A DNA stretch of 64,000 nt from positions 3,224,001 to 3,288,000 of the forward strand of contig CM039002.1 in assembly GCA_017499595.2 (NCBI GenBank), in the 5' to 3' direction. Each line of letters starts with the position of its first letter. Positions within the stretch are counted from its first letter, which is position 1. This DNA comes from Psilocybe cubensis (Eukaryota). The notes under the pieces were generated by a model. That model was not told the DNA's origin and did not search any database. It was given only the letters and a program-made list of their open reading frames with translations. Shown piece by piece: positions 26,431 to 37,879 of this stretch. The translations under genes were made by a program, and so were the position numbers.

Positions 26431-28391
26431 ATGCTGCATCCTCGTATCATTAAGCAAAAAAAGAAGGCACCAAAGTCTACACGTTCCTTTGCAACACAAC
26501 GCTCACAACGCCTAAAAGCATTCACAGCAGAAGATCTCAATAGTCTTGCAAACAAGATTAAAAAATACTTTAAATGGAGCCATATGCCGCGCGACTTCCA
26601 ACTTGAAGCAATCAAAGCACAACTGCAGAATTGTGATGTACTTATTCATGCTGGGACGGGCAGTGGAAAAACCTTTATTGCCGCAGGCCCACATGCTCAT
26701 GAAAAAACAGAGGGAATGGTAACAATAATGGTGTCTCCATTAATTGCTCTTCAAGACGAGCAGGTAAGTATATATGTATATGTGTGCCAACGGCGATAAG
26801 TGTTTTACAGATACTTACAAACAGCTATAGGCAGAAAATTTCACAAAGGAATACGGACTCTCTGCAATCGCAATCAATAGCGCTCATGGAGGGTGCACAG
26901 TGGAAGTTATGAAGGCATGCCACTCATTTTATTTTGGCTTGAAGTTTTATTAATCAATAAGAAGAATATATGTGCAGGAAAATGGCGGATTATAGTAATC
27001 TCACCTGAGATGATACTTTCAAAACGCTTTATCAACAATGTTTTACGAAAGCCTGAAATGCGAAACCGTCTTCTATCAGTGGTGGTTGATGAGGCCCATG
27101 TTGTGTCGCATTGGGGTTCTGGCTTTCGAAAAAAATACGGAACATTGGGAATTCTCCGCGCTCTACTGCCAAAAGACATTCCAATGGTTGCTATGTCAGC
27201 TACCCTTCCTGCGCGAGTTCGTCACGACGCCCGTTCTTCTAGTTGAAAAATTAGCATACGAGTGCGACTTGACAAAGATAGGATCATCAGTCATATCAAC
27301 TGTTAAAGCCAAAAAAACAAAGAACATACGTGAGGCTACAATATATCCCAAAGCAACCGACAAAGACTATGCTATAAACCATGGATCTCGCCGTGGAGCG
27401 CATGGTGCACACAATACTACCCTCGACTCTAATTGCGATGTTCCTGTGGACTTGCATGCCATTGACAAAGGTCTGTACAGTTTGGTACAGACGACAGTAT
27501 GTCGACGGAAGGTTTTGAGGATAATATATGGAAATGTTCAATCAGGTACGTGCCAGTTTGTTTCTTAAACAAATAGAAACTCACTTATATCAAAGAGCCA
27601 ACTGTTCCGTGCTGTGATCTATGCACTCCTTCTCTTCTCAATCTAACCTGCCCTGCACCGGCTGCCCCAAAAACACAAAAAAAAACATCTATAGAAGGTG
27701 CAGTAGACCCAGAACTGCGAAAAGTTATTCTGGAATGGCGCAAGTCTTTGTGGCATCGTGATTTTGGAGATTCAATGTTTGGACCATCTGGTATACTGTC
27801 AAATAATGCTGTCAATAAGCTGGCTTCGTATGGTGCAATTTTGCGACTAACCAAGCTCAATGAAATACTAGGAGGAAATTGGCCCTGGTTTGGTAAGTAT
27901 GGTGATGAACTTCTAGCACTGTTCAGAACAACAGTAATCGCACCTGCTAAACCCAAGCCCTCAAGGGCTCAAACAACCGCTAAACGAACATTGGATGGAA
28001 TCATGGGGGTGAGGGTGAGAACGGTGAGGAAAGAAAGCAACCACGTCTCACTTCAACAGACATGCCATCAACGGCTACCAGTGCCGTGGCTTCTAATTCC
28101 CGCGCCACTCTGCCACCTGCAACTCCTGCGAGATTTGTGCCACCAATTCAATATCCGTATTATTATCCAACCATCTCTCCACATACTCCGCAGAACACCA
28201 GGCATGTTATGCAGAGAAACCCTTATGCTGGCTATCTGCAAACACCAGCATCTTCAGCTGGAAGCTATATTCCTTCTAGTCCTATTCCTTTTAATTCCCC
28301 ACATTACTATCCTTACTTCGGTCCTACTGTCCAAATGTCAAACCGCCCGGACCTGCCATCTAATCTTAGAAGCAGTTCACCTGCACCATAA
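26431..28391 (+). pseudogene. RecQ-like SF2 helicase with internal deletion (AcademH-type transposon helicase remnant)
   Basis: PRDFQLEAI, AGTGSGKT (motif I), VSPLIALQDEQ, VVDEAHVVSHWGSGFR (motif II), MSAT (motif III). It then jumps at ~27230 to VLLVEK...CRRKVL...CCDLC (Zn-binding region). Motifs IV-VI are missing. Confidence 0.8.
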
Positions 28392-28610
28392 TATATGATT
28401 TTTTGGCTCAAATTACAAGTCATTTTTTTCTTAAAAATTTTTTTTTTGTGACCTTGTAAAAATGAATTTTATTATAAAAGAAACCTATCTAAATGATTCT
28501 GTAGACAACTTTTTTTTAAGTTGTGGAAGGTTGTTGTTGAGGCAAATCGCATTTTTTTCACTAAGTCCGAGTCACAAAACGAGGATTCCCTCAAATCCGA
28601 ACCATTTGTC

Positions 28611-28746
28611 CCAGGCCTTCTGTGAATCTCTCTCTTTTCGCACTCCGATCAATGTTTGATGACATAAATAAACACAACATTTGTACAAACATATCACTCG
28701 GTACCTGCCTTATCTAGAAAAGAGACAAGATTCACAGAAGGCCTGG
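28611..28746. repeat. Short inverted-repeat element (~30-bp arms, ~76-bp spacer)
   Basis: CCAGGCCTTCTGTGAATCT.TCTCTTTTC versus GAAAAGAGACAAGATTCACAGAAGGCCTGG. No TSD seen. Confidence 0.7.
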
Positions 28747-29145
28747 CTCGCGAGGCTAATGTTCAACGTGAAGTATAACGAAGTGTTACGATTGCAGAAC
28801 GGCTACTATGTGCTGAGTCAGCGGGTGAGATCAACACCACTTTCCCTCTCACCACATAGACGAAGCACCACATACAGACGCATCCACCCTCAGAGCGTCA
28901 AAGAAAATTTTCTTTCAGTTTTCATATTTCAAAACTCAGTGAATAAACTCCTCAGGAAAATTTTCCCGCCATGGCACGCATTGTGGACAACCCTACGGAC
29001 GCCGTCCCACCGGATTACACCCTGCCCGCCTTTCAAGCTGTTCGCAATGCCCACAAAGCAGCCGTTCCGGGCGTCACTGACGAACAAGCTGTGGTGGCGC
29101 TTAAAGCGATATGGCACGCCATGAACGAGGTTCAGAAAGCCGCGT

Positions 29146-30784
29146 TATCATACCCCAATCCTGATTGGAGATGAGATGTTCATTTTGGATCTACACACGA
29201 CGCCCTCAACCCAAGCAGTCATTCTTTCCATAAGTCATCCACACGTCTTATCTTATCAACACTTGTCACATGGGAGCCACGTTATTCCGGATCATGTCAC
29301 TTCGTCGGATCATCAAGGCTATGCGACGGATCAGTCAACCATCAAACTGCACAGCTTTCTACACTGCCTTGCACAGCCGGACTTTCAACTTTATTTTTAT
29401 CAATTCAATGGTCTTACTCAGCGTCAGGCTGCGGATTACTCATTCCAACTTATTTTTGGTTTGTCTTACTCATCCTTTTGTGTTTATTTATATCTTTTCT
29501 ATTGTCTGTTGCGCTTTTATTGTCTTTGTCTTACCAATCTTCTATGCTTTCTGAGTCATCCTTGCTTCTTTTATCTAATCTGTATTACCATTCACCTTTG
29601 TCATACACTTCTTTCTTACTCATCCTATTCATTTCTTATCTGTCGTTGTGTCGATATTGACATGTCTTATTGTTCTTGCTTATTGTTACACTTGCGTAGC
29701 CTCATTCTTGACACGTTGTACAGTATATGACTCGGTTTTCAGTAGCTCAGATTGGTATTTCGTTCACGTAGCTTTTAGTATAAAAGCTGTAGTAGAATTA
29801 CACGAAATGACAGGAAAGTTACACCCAGTCCCCACTTTCTTCAAAGCAAGTCAATTTTCATCCAAGTCAAGTCAATTTCAAGTCAATCCACATCGATTCA
29901 TTTCAATTCCAAGTTCAAGTTCAAGCCAAGCCCAAACCCAAGTCCAATTCAGTCATCAGTTCCACCCTCCATCGAGACCAAGTTTACTTCCATTCATCCG
30001 AAGTCATCTCACTTTCCATTAAGAGAGGATTTCATCCGAGACCAGTCATCCTTCTCATCCAACGCCTCTTCTTCTCAGCGTTGAATATCCAACTTCTATC
30101 CAGACATCCAGTACTTCCCTACTTCTCCTCCTCCATTCAATCCGTCACCGCTCCTAGTCCTTCTACACCTTCCAACCATCGCCGTTAGGAGTGTATTCAA
30201 GACATCCTTTCCCTCCGTCAACTCATCTGGAGTGATTTCATTCGAGACAGACTTAGTCTTTCACCCTCAATTCAGTCGATACTCCCGCGACGTATAGCTT
30301 CATTCCAAGCGTCAGAAAGATTGTCAATTTAAGGACACTTTCGCCTTTACCATCCGCTTATCAAGATTCAGCCATTTAATGACATTCCAACTCCTAGTCA
30401 TCTCCTCATCTCCCCTCGGAACATTCCCCACTCACTTCAGACAACCCCTCTAAGATTCACATTTATTGATTTCTCATACACATTCTACACATCTTCTTCA
30501 CGCTTTCCATATACACCCGCCATCCAATTCCATGGTTCTATCCCATTTTCGGAAGGCTTATTTACTATCGTACCCAGACAACCCGGTTATCCTCTTCTTA
30601 CTATTTCGCTTTTGTTACCCTTCACAATCCACACCATCCTAATCTACTTAAATCCTAGGCAGCGTCCTCCCTTAAGAAACTTAGGAGAAGGTTTTGTCCT
30701 ATCCAGTCTGGACCACTCTTTCCCTGGGGTTTGTGTTTGTTGGATTACATATAGTTTATAACCAATCACAAACTTCGATCTTCA
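29146..30784 (+). mobile_element. 1,639-bp non-coding insertion, probable solo LTR (copy 1)
   Basis: Termini TATCA...CTTCA; 4-bp TSD GCGT (29142-29145, 30785-30788); internal TATAAAA at ~29778; near-identical inverted copy at 39552-41192. Confidence 0.9.
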
Positions 30785-31698
30785 GCGTGGCAGGCACAAC
30801 GCGACGAGGAGGTTGCCAGGGCCGAGGAACACACTCGCCTTGATATGGAAGCGGCGGACCAAGCCGCGCAGCTTCTCAAACAGGATGCAGATGCTGCCCA
30901 TCTGGAGGAAGTGAAAAAGAACCGTGCAAAGTTCTGCCCGGTCCTTGATCACCCTATTCCGGTCAACCTCCCGGTCGTAATCAACCCTGCCGCGCTTCGT
31001 CGTCTAGACGCCGCCAAGTACGGGCGTCACAGACGCCCGTGCTAGCGCCCACGCTGCAACTTCAGACGAGTCCATGTCCATTGTCTGGAAGTCCGGAGTG
31101 GCCTCTTTTGTTCCGTCTCTGGTAACAAAGGACTCACGCAATACTATTCCGGACAAGGATTTGACGTGGGAGGATTTTCACGTCACTACTGCCAGGTTCA
31201 TCACTGCGATTCGCCGTGCCGGGTGGCCGCCCGAGCGTGTTCTCATGTTCATTGGGTTTTTTGAGGGCATCAAGAACCACTCTTCCCGCTTTGACCCTGG
31301 TCGCCTCAATTGCCTTGCACTTTTCACCTACCAGGAAAGCATCCGCAAGGATTGGCACATTTCTATTGCCTCAGGCAAAGGAGGTTGGGACCTAGCAAGC
31401 TTTAGTGAAGAGCTTTACAGGAAAATCAAGGCAAAAGTCATAGATGACGACCGTGAAGCCAAGGATGCGCAATATGATCTTGCAAGGGTGCGTAGTCTGT
31501 CTTGTTTTTTTTTCAGTCCATCCGCGCAAATACTAATCCTCCTTTATTTTCTATTCTGTTTCGCACCCATTCTCATGCATGTTGCTTTATGTCCCGCCCT
31601 GCTTTTGCTTTCCCACTTGCTGTTTTACCCACCACCGCTTTACTCCCATCGCTTTATCAAACGGCCCTCCGCTTGCCAATCATGCACGCCGCTTTTTT

Positions 31699-31740
31699 GC
31701 TTTACGCTTTACGCTTTACGCTTTACGCTTTACGCTTTAC
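31699..31740 (+). repeat. Heptanucleotide microsatellite (GCTTTAC)x6
   Basis: Direct reading of the sequence. Confidence 0.95.
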
Positions 31741-31948
31741 ATCTTCACTTGCGTTTGCTCGCCATTGTCTTCTTTCAACTTTCGGCTGGTTCAGTCCAAG
31801 GCGCTGGCAAAATTGGGTGGGCCGCATGACAGAGCAGACACTTACCGGTTGGGTTGCTCTGCCCAACCTCATGCCCGTGCAGACAGTCCTCCTCGCAATC
31901 ATCGTGACTTGAAGCGTCGCCAATCGCCCTCTCCCTACCGCCAACTAC

Positions 31949-34165
31949 GTGAAAACAAACAGCCCCAGGGTTTTCGGAGTGGCGCAGCATTGGAGCCCGC
32001 CTGCGCCGTTTGCTTGGGCCGCCGTTCTCACGACTTTTGCTCCTGTCAACTCCCGCGCATTTGGGATGGAAGCCACCCTTCCTTTGCGGATCGCGAAGGA
32101 AGAACACTCGTTGTCAAGTCTTCACGTCAAACACTCTGTTTCGATTGGCAGACCACTGAGGGATGCACACAGTCCAGTCATGGAGACAGACACCGCTGTT
32201 CAGGGTGTGGTTCATTCACCCATGGAGCCCAAAAATGCTCTCGAGCTCAGGCACACTCAAACTAGTTGTGTATACCCAGCAGCTACGTGGAAGCGCTTGC
32301 TTGATGAGGCAGGTCTCCATCAGAAATATCCGTTTCTTGTACATGGTTTTCAACATGGCTTCATCTTCGATTTTCCTACTATCTCCACTACCCAATCCCC
32401 CCCTAATCGCCCTTCCGTCACACAATTTCAGAGAGAGTTCGATGACATTGTCGCGCTGGAACTCAAGAAGGGTTGCTACATTGGCCCTTTCACAAGACGC
32501 GATCTTGAATCCCTTATTGGCCCATTTCAAACTTCTCCTTTCTCAATCATCCCTAAACCGGGTCGCCCAGGGAAGTTTTGCATCATTCAAAATTTCTCTT
32601 TTCCATCTTCACCTTCCTCTTCATTTCCCAACCCTTCCATCAATTCTTATACCTGTGCTTCAAATTTCCCCTGCACGTGGGGTTCCTTCTTGGTTGTCTC
32701 TCTTTTCTTGGGTTGGCTTCCACCAGGGTCACAGCTTGCTGTACGGAATGTATCCAAAGCCTTCCGCACTGTGCCTCTGCACCCATCCCAGTGGCCCGCA
32801 GCTGCAGTTTGCATTGGAGATGACGAATTCTGCGTTGACACCCAAGGTGCATTCGGAGCATCACCGTCGGGTGGGGTGTTTGGGCTCATACAAGATGCTA
32901 CAGTTGATGTTTTTCGCTCTCGTGGCATTGGTCCGGTCACTAAGTGGGTTGATGATCATCTCTTCATTCGTATTCTTTGCAATTTTCTGCTACAGTACAA
33001 CGCACAATGCGCACGCGCTGCTATTCGTTTTGCGGAGTCAGGCCCTCAGTTTTCGGGGGGTCGGGTGTTTTATTCTGGCAGTTTGCTGGTGGATGGTACT
33101 ATTGAGGAGTCGGACGACAACTGTCGTTTTCCCTTACAGGACCTTTCCCAGGTTTCCTCTTGTTCTACAGAGAATAGCCGCTTTTCTTATTGCTTTGCAG
33201 ACATTGATTCTATTTCTGCAGAGACAGGTACGCCATGGGAGACCGCCAAAGACATGCCTTTTGCATCTTATGCCACATTCACAGGCTATGGGTGGTGTCT
33301 CTCAACTTGTACAGTTTGCATTGAGGACAGCAAAAAATCAAAGTACCTAGATGCCATCGCAGCTTGGCTCTGTTCGTCTCAACATTCTCTCGAAGATGTC
33401 CAGAAGCTCTATGGTAAGCTCCTCCACTGCACTTGCGTGGTTCCTGCGGGATGTGCCTACCTCACGGGCTTCGAAGCAATGCTCCGCAGTTTTGCCACCA
33501 GTTCGCGTCCTCTCGCTCTTCGCCATGCACCCAAATCAATCCCCGCCGACCTTGAATGGTGGAAGCAAAGGTTATCTCAACCCATTCTTGCGCGCCCCAT
33601 CCCAGTCCCGGTTGCGGTCACTGATGTTGGAGCCTTCTCCGACGCCAGTTCTGGGTTTGGCATTGCAATTGTCATTGGAGACCAATGGCGTGCATGGAGG
33701 CTCCTTCCCGGCTGGCAGACTCTTAACGGCAAACAAGACATTGGGTGGGCGGAGGCTGTCGGTTTTGAACTGCTCGTCTACACCCTCGGTTCTATTGCGC
33801 CCGACGCCTCTCGTCTCCAAATCTATGGCGACAACATGGGCGTTGTTGAAGGCTGGTGGAACCGACGTAGCAGAAATTCCGCCATCAATGGCGTCTTCAA
33901 GCGCATACTCACGTTTCTCTCCAGCAGTGGCCGCAACGAGTCAATTTTCACAGCATATGTCCCATCCAAGAACAACCCAGCCGATGGCCCCTCGCGCGGC
34001 ATCTATCCATTGCAGTCGCTTCTTCTCCCACCATGCCCCTTACCCCCATGCCTCCACAACCTTGTCATCAATTTTGACAGCCCTGCCGCAGCCGCGTTTG
34101 ACCCCACCACGTTTTCTGGCCATGCCTTCAAACACAGAGTTCTAGCAACTGATTGCCTGTCGTGA
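31949..34165 (+). pseudogene. Ngaro reverse transcriptase / RNase H ORF (open, but a catalytic residue is mutated)
   Basis: FQTSPFSIIPKP; RNVSKAFRTVP (D>N in RT motif A); FGASPS; KWVDD (RT motif C); FSDASSGFGI; IGWAEAVGFEL; YGDNMGVVEGW; NPADGPSRG. Confidence 0.9.
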
Positions 34166-34175
34166 GAGCCGACTA

Positions 34176-35480
34176 ATGCGCGGCTCTTCGTCGACGAGCT
34201 TGAGTTGTATCGCCCACACTGGGAGGACCGTGCTGGGTAACCCTGTTATACCACGTCGGTCACACGCTTTTCTCCTCTCCCCCCTGTGCCCCACCTCTGC
34301 CACTGACTCCCCTTCTCGACGTCGGGCACGACCATACCGTCCAGATCTTACACCATTTCCATCCCCGCTTTGCCCACACTGCCCTGCTGCAGACCGCCTG
34401 CTCAAATGGGTCCCAGCAACATCGCAAACTGCCTCTGATGCTGCGGGTCATGCTGTTCCACTGTCTGAAGGTGATCTGGAGCGTGTCCTCACTGTTCTTG
34501 GCGCTCGCTACACAGAGGGAACCAGCAGTGCATACGGCAGCGCCTTACTGGTCTTTCATGTTTGGTGTGACCTTCGTGAGGTTCCCGAGGAACAGCGGTG
34601 CCCTGTAAGCAACATCCTCCTTCTTGCATTTCTGTCTTCGTGCGCAGGAATGTATTCTGGGGCACAGGTCACCAATTATGTTCTATGGTGTTCGCGCGTG
34701 GCACACGCTTCATGGACACCCACTTGTATACAACAAGCTTGAAGTCGATGCAGCCCTTGCTGCTGGCGAGAAACTTGCATCCCGCTCATCTCGCCGTCCC
34801 AAGCGCGCACCCTTCACTCCTTCTATCATTGAGTCCATACGAACTCACCTTGATCTTGCCGTTCCACTTGACGCTGCAGTCTTTGCTTGCCTGACGTCAA
34901 CCTTTTGGTCAGCCGCACGCCTAGGCAAATTCACAGTTCGTAACCTCTCTTCCTTCGACCCCGGTGCTCATGTGAAGAGGTCAAACATTTCTCATGCTAC
35001 TGACCGTGCTGGTAATGCAACAACCGTCTTCTTCATCCCGCGCACAAAGTGTGCCCCTGCGGAGGGCGAAGAGGTCTACTGGGCCCGCCAGGATGGCCCG
35101 TCCGACCCCGAAGCTGCCCTTGCAAACCACTTCATGGTCAATTTCCCACTCGATGATGAGTTTCTTTTCTCTTATACACATGCAACGTCTGGCAAGCGGC
35201 GACCACTCACGAGGACCGCCTTTTTGGACCGCATCAAGAAGGCTGCTCTAGCTGCGGGTCTTGAACCGCTACATGGGCATGGCCTGCACATTGGTGCCGT
35301 GTTGGAGTATTTACTCCGCGGTGTCCCTTTCGAGGTTGTAAAGGTGCTGGGCCGCTGGTCTAGCAAAGCGTTTGCCAACTATCTCCGCCAACACGCAAAA
35401 GTCCTGTTGCCTTACATTCAGAATTCCGCTTGTTTTTTGGAATTTAATTGCATTACGCTCAATATTCCGCCTGTGCACTC
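34176..35480 (+). pseudogene. Ngaro tyrosine recombinase, frameshifted (~34680)
   Basis: SAM-like N-part (YGSALLVFHVWCD). Catalytic motifs FWSAARLG, PRTKC, HGHGLHIG (HxxR with R>H), GRWSS.AF..YLR. Confidence 0.9.
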
Positions 35481-36110
35481 ACTTTGGACTCTTCCACAAA
35501 CTCATGGAGTATTCCCTCGCATTTCGAGTTGGTTGCACCATCCAAATCTGCGAGTGTCAGTGTCTTGCACAGCGTGTCCACACGCGCACAGATTTTGGTA
35601 GTGCTCCCCACCCAAACCCTGATATCATTGACATCAGGTTACTAGCTATATACAATCATTACTTACTCACTCTCCTTTGCATATCTACACGTAACACGAG
35701 ATCCTCTCGCTCCTCATCTCTGTTCACCTGCTAAAGACACATAGTTTATGTTCAACGTGAAGTATAACGAAGTGTTACAATCGCAGAATGGCTACTATGT
35801 GCTGAGTCAGCGGGTGAGATCAACACCGCTTTCCCTCTCACCACATAGACGAAGCACCACATACAGACGCATCCACCCTCAGAGCGTCAAAGAAAATTTT
35901 CTTTCCCCACCCACCATCCCTTTGCACACCTTTTTGGAGTCACTCGACGTGTCTTGGGTATCACTCCTTCCACAGTCTGGGGGTCCTTGCTCACTTTGGA
36001 CTCTTCCACAGACTCACGGAGTATTCCCTCGCATTTTGAGTTGGTTGCACCATCCAAATCTGCAAGTGTCAGTGGGAAATATTATGCAAGTATCCGCGGA
36101 TTTTCATTTA

Positions 36111-36778
36111 CACGTTAGGATTTTCCGAATGTAAAACTAACTTGTACGGAAGACTCATATCTTGCACAAATAGTCCAAGTAGAACTCCGAGTAGAAATTT
36201 CTCTTACATTTTGAATAAAAGATGAACTTTAAAGTTGTCTTATACATTAAGTACCAGATCAAGGTGTCAGAATGAACTCCAGTCTGAGTATAAATCAAAC
36301 TGTAAGAAATGCTTGTATGTTAACTGGAAGAAAAAATACGAGAAGTTTTTCCTGGAAGACACGCTGCAAGGTTATTAGTCAGATGATGTAGCGTAATTAT
36401 CTACCCGGGTTAGCTGGAAATTAATCTTATATGTTAATATCAGGGCCAAAATCAAAATATAAGACTGATTTCCAGCTAAATCGGGTAGATAATTACGCTA
36501 CATCATCTGACTAATAACCTTGCAGCATGTCTTCCAGGAAAAACTTCTCGTATTTTTTCTTCCAGTTAACATACAAGCATTTCTTACAGTTTGATTTACA
36601 CTCAAACTGGAGTTCATTCTGACACCTTGATCTGGTACTTAATGTATAAGACAACTTTAAAGTTCATCTTTTATTCAAAATGTAAGAGAAATTTCTACTT
36701 GGAGTTCTACTTGGACTATCTGTGCAAGATACGAGTCTTCTGTACAAGTTAGTTTTACATTCGGAAAATCCCGACGTG
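36111..36778. mobile_element. Foldback MITE, 668 bp, almost wholly palindromic
   Basis: Arms ~36111-36437 and ~36450-36778 are reverse complements with scattered substitutions, mostly transitions. Termini CACG...CGTG; flanked by TTA on both sides (36108-36110, 36779-36781). Confidence 0.92.
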
Positions 36779-37114
36779 TTATTGCAGCTCCGCACATAAA
36801 AAATCTGCAATCTACTGCCGGATTGACGGCTGACACATCCATCAATCATTACGCGTCTCTAACCAGAGGTTACGAGGCTTCTCTTTGGAAGACTCATTAT
36901 TTATAGCCTCTCCCCCCTGCCAAATTTCCACCGGTCATAACGTTTATGCAGCCGGCATTTGCCGCGGTTTAAAGTTAAAAGAAGTAAAATGGATTCCAAC
37001 ACAAGTGAGTAAACTTCTTTTAACTTTAAACTGGAGTGGTATTATTCTTTGTAACGTATACTAAACTATTATACTGGATTATACTCTAACTGTAGTGTAT
37101 ACTTAGTATGCCCC

Positions 37115-37751
37115 TATGATATGATATTGAGGGAAAAGAAGAAGTCATAAGTCAGAGATCGGCGTATGTACTCAACACTTTAGGATAGGGTGCCCCGACT
37201 GATGGCAAAAATAGGCACGCGTAATGGCGGTGATCTCATCATATTCTTGGGATATGATGAGGTCATGGCGGTGACATCAGCATTTTCCTGACCTCAACAT
37301 TTTCCTGGGGTATGCTGGTAGAACCAGGGAGGGTTCTTGCGAGGGAACACCCCAACCAACACATGAGGTATCAGCAGGGTGTGTGCAAAGGCTCAAGCCG
37401 GGGGAAGTTGTATGTACGGAATGCACTATGTAGTAAACGAGCATGGACACAAATAATAGGCCAAACTCTCATCTTCGACGACTTTGTTAGTTAGGAAAGG
37501 AATAGAGACGATGTGAAAACGAGGAGTTTCAAGTCTCTTGTCCAGTCGTCACCAGCTAATGCTAAGGCTAGTACTTGGTAATATGCTGATGTCACACCCA
37601 TGACCTCATCATATTTCTGGGATATGATGAGGTCACCGCCATTACGCGTGCCTATTTTTGCCATCAGTTGGGGCGCCCTACCCTAAAGTGTTGAGTACAT
37701 ACACCAATCTCTGACTTATGACTTCTTCTTTTCCCTCAACGTCATATCATA
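37115..37751. mobile_element. MITE with ~170-bp TIRs
   Basis: 37115-~37285 is the reverse complement of ~37582-37751. Ends TATGATATGA...TCATATCATA (possible TA TSD). Each TIR holds an internal hairpin CTCATCATAT..ATATGATGAG. Confidence 0.88.
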
Positions 37752-37879
37752 AGTGTGTATATACAAAGGTTTCAGTGGTGATATAAATAAATTGAGAGTG
37801 TAAGAAATACGAATGTTAAAATAGTGAAGCCCAGAAACAAAAAAAAAACTAATTTGAATATGCTTGGTGCTTAGTTTCC

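Larger units (their letters stand above)
28971..32265 (+). pseudogene. Ngaro gag-like ORF1, interrupted by a 1.64-kb insertion
   Basis: Removing 29146-30784 plus one GCGT restores ...QKAAWQAQRDEEVARAEEHTRLDMEAAD... Also IPDKDLTWEDF...GWPPER and C-terminal Cys/His knuckles (CAVCLGR; CFDWQ..C...HRCSGCGSFTHGAQKC). Frameshift near 31020. Confidence 0.8.
28759..36074 (+). mobile_element. Ngaro-type tyrosine-recombinase (DIRS order) retrotransposon, decayed
   Basis: Order gag - RT/RNase H - YR with split direct repeats: A1 28759-28916 = A2 35748-35905 (158 bp); B1 35478-35562 = B2 35990-36074 (85 bp). Arrangement A1...B1-A2-B2. Confidence 0.93.

Noticed and set aside
29176-30022. Hydrophobic ORFs of 60-196 aa (and mirrors at 40314-41196)
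   Set aside because: Products of T/C-rich low-complexity sequence inside the duplicated non-coding element; no recognisable motifs.
32163-34145. Long alternative-frame ORFs overlapping the Ngaro RT
   Set aside because: No recognisable motifs; long overlapping frames are common in GC-rich DIRS-order pol regions, so not called as genes.
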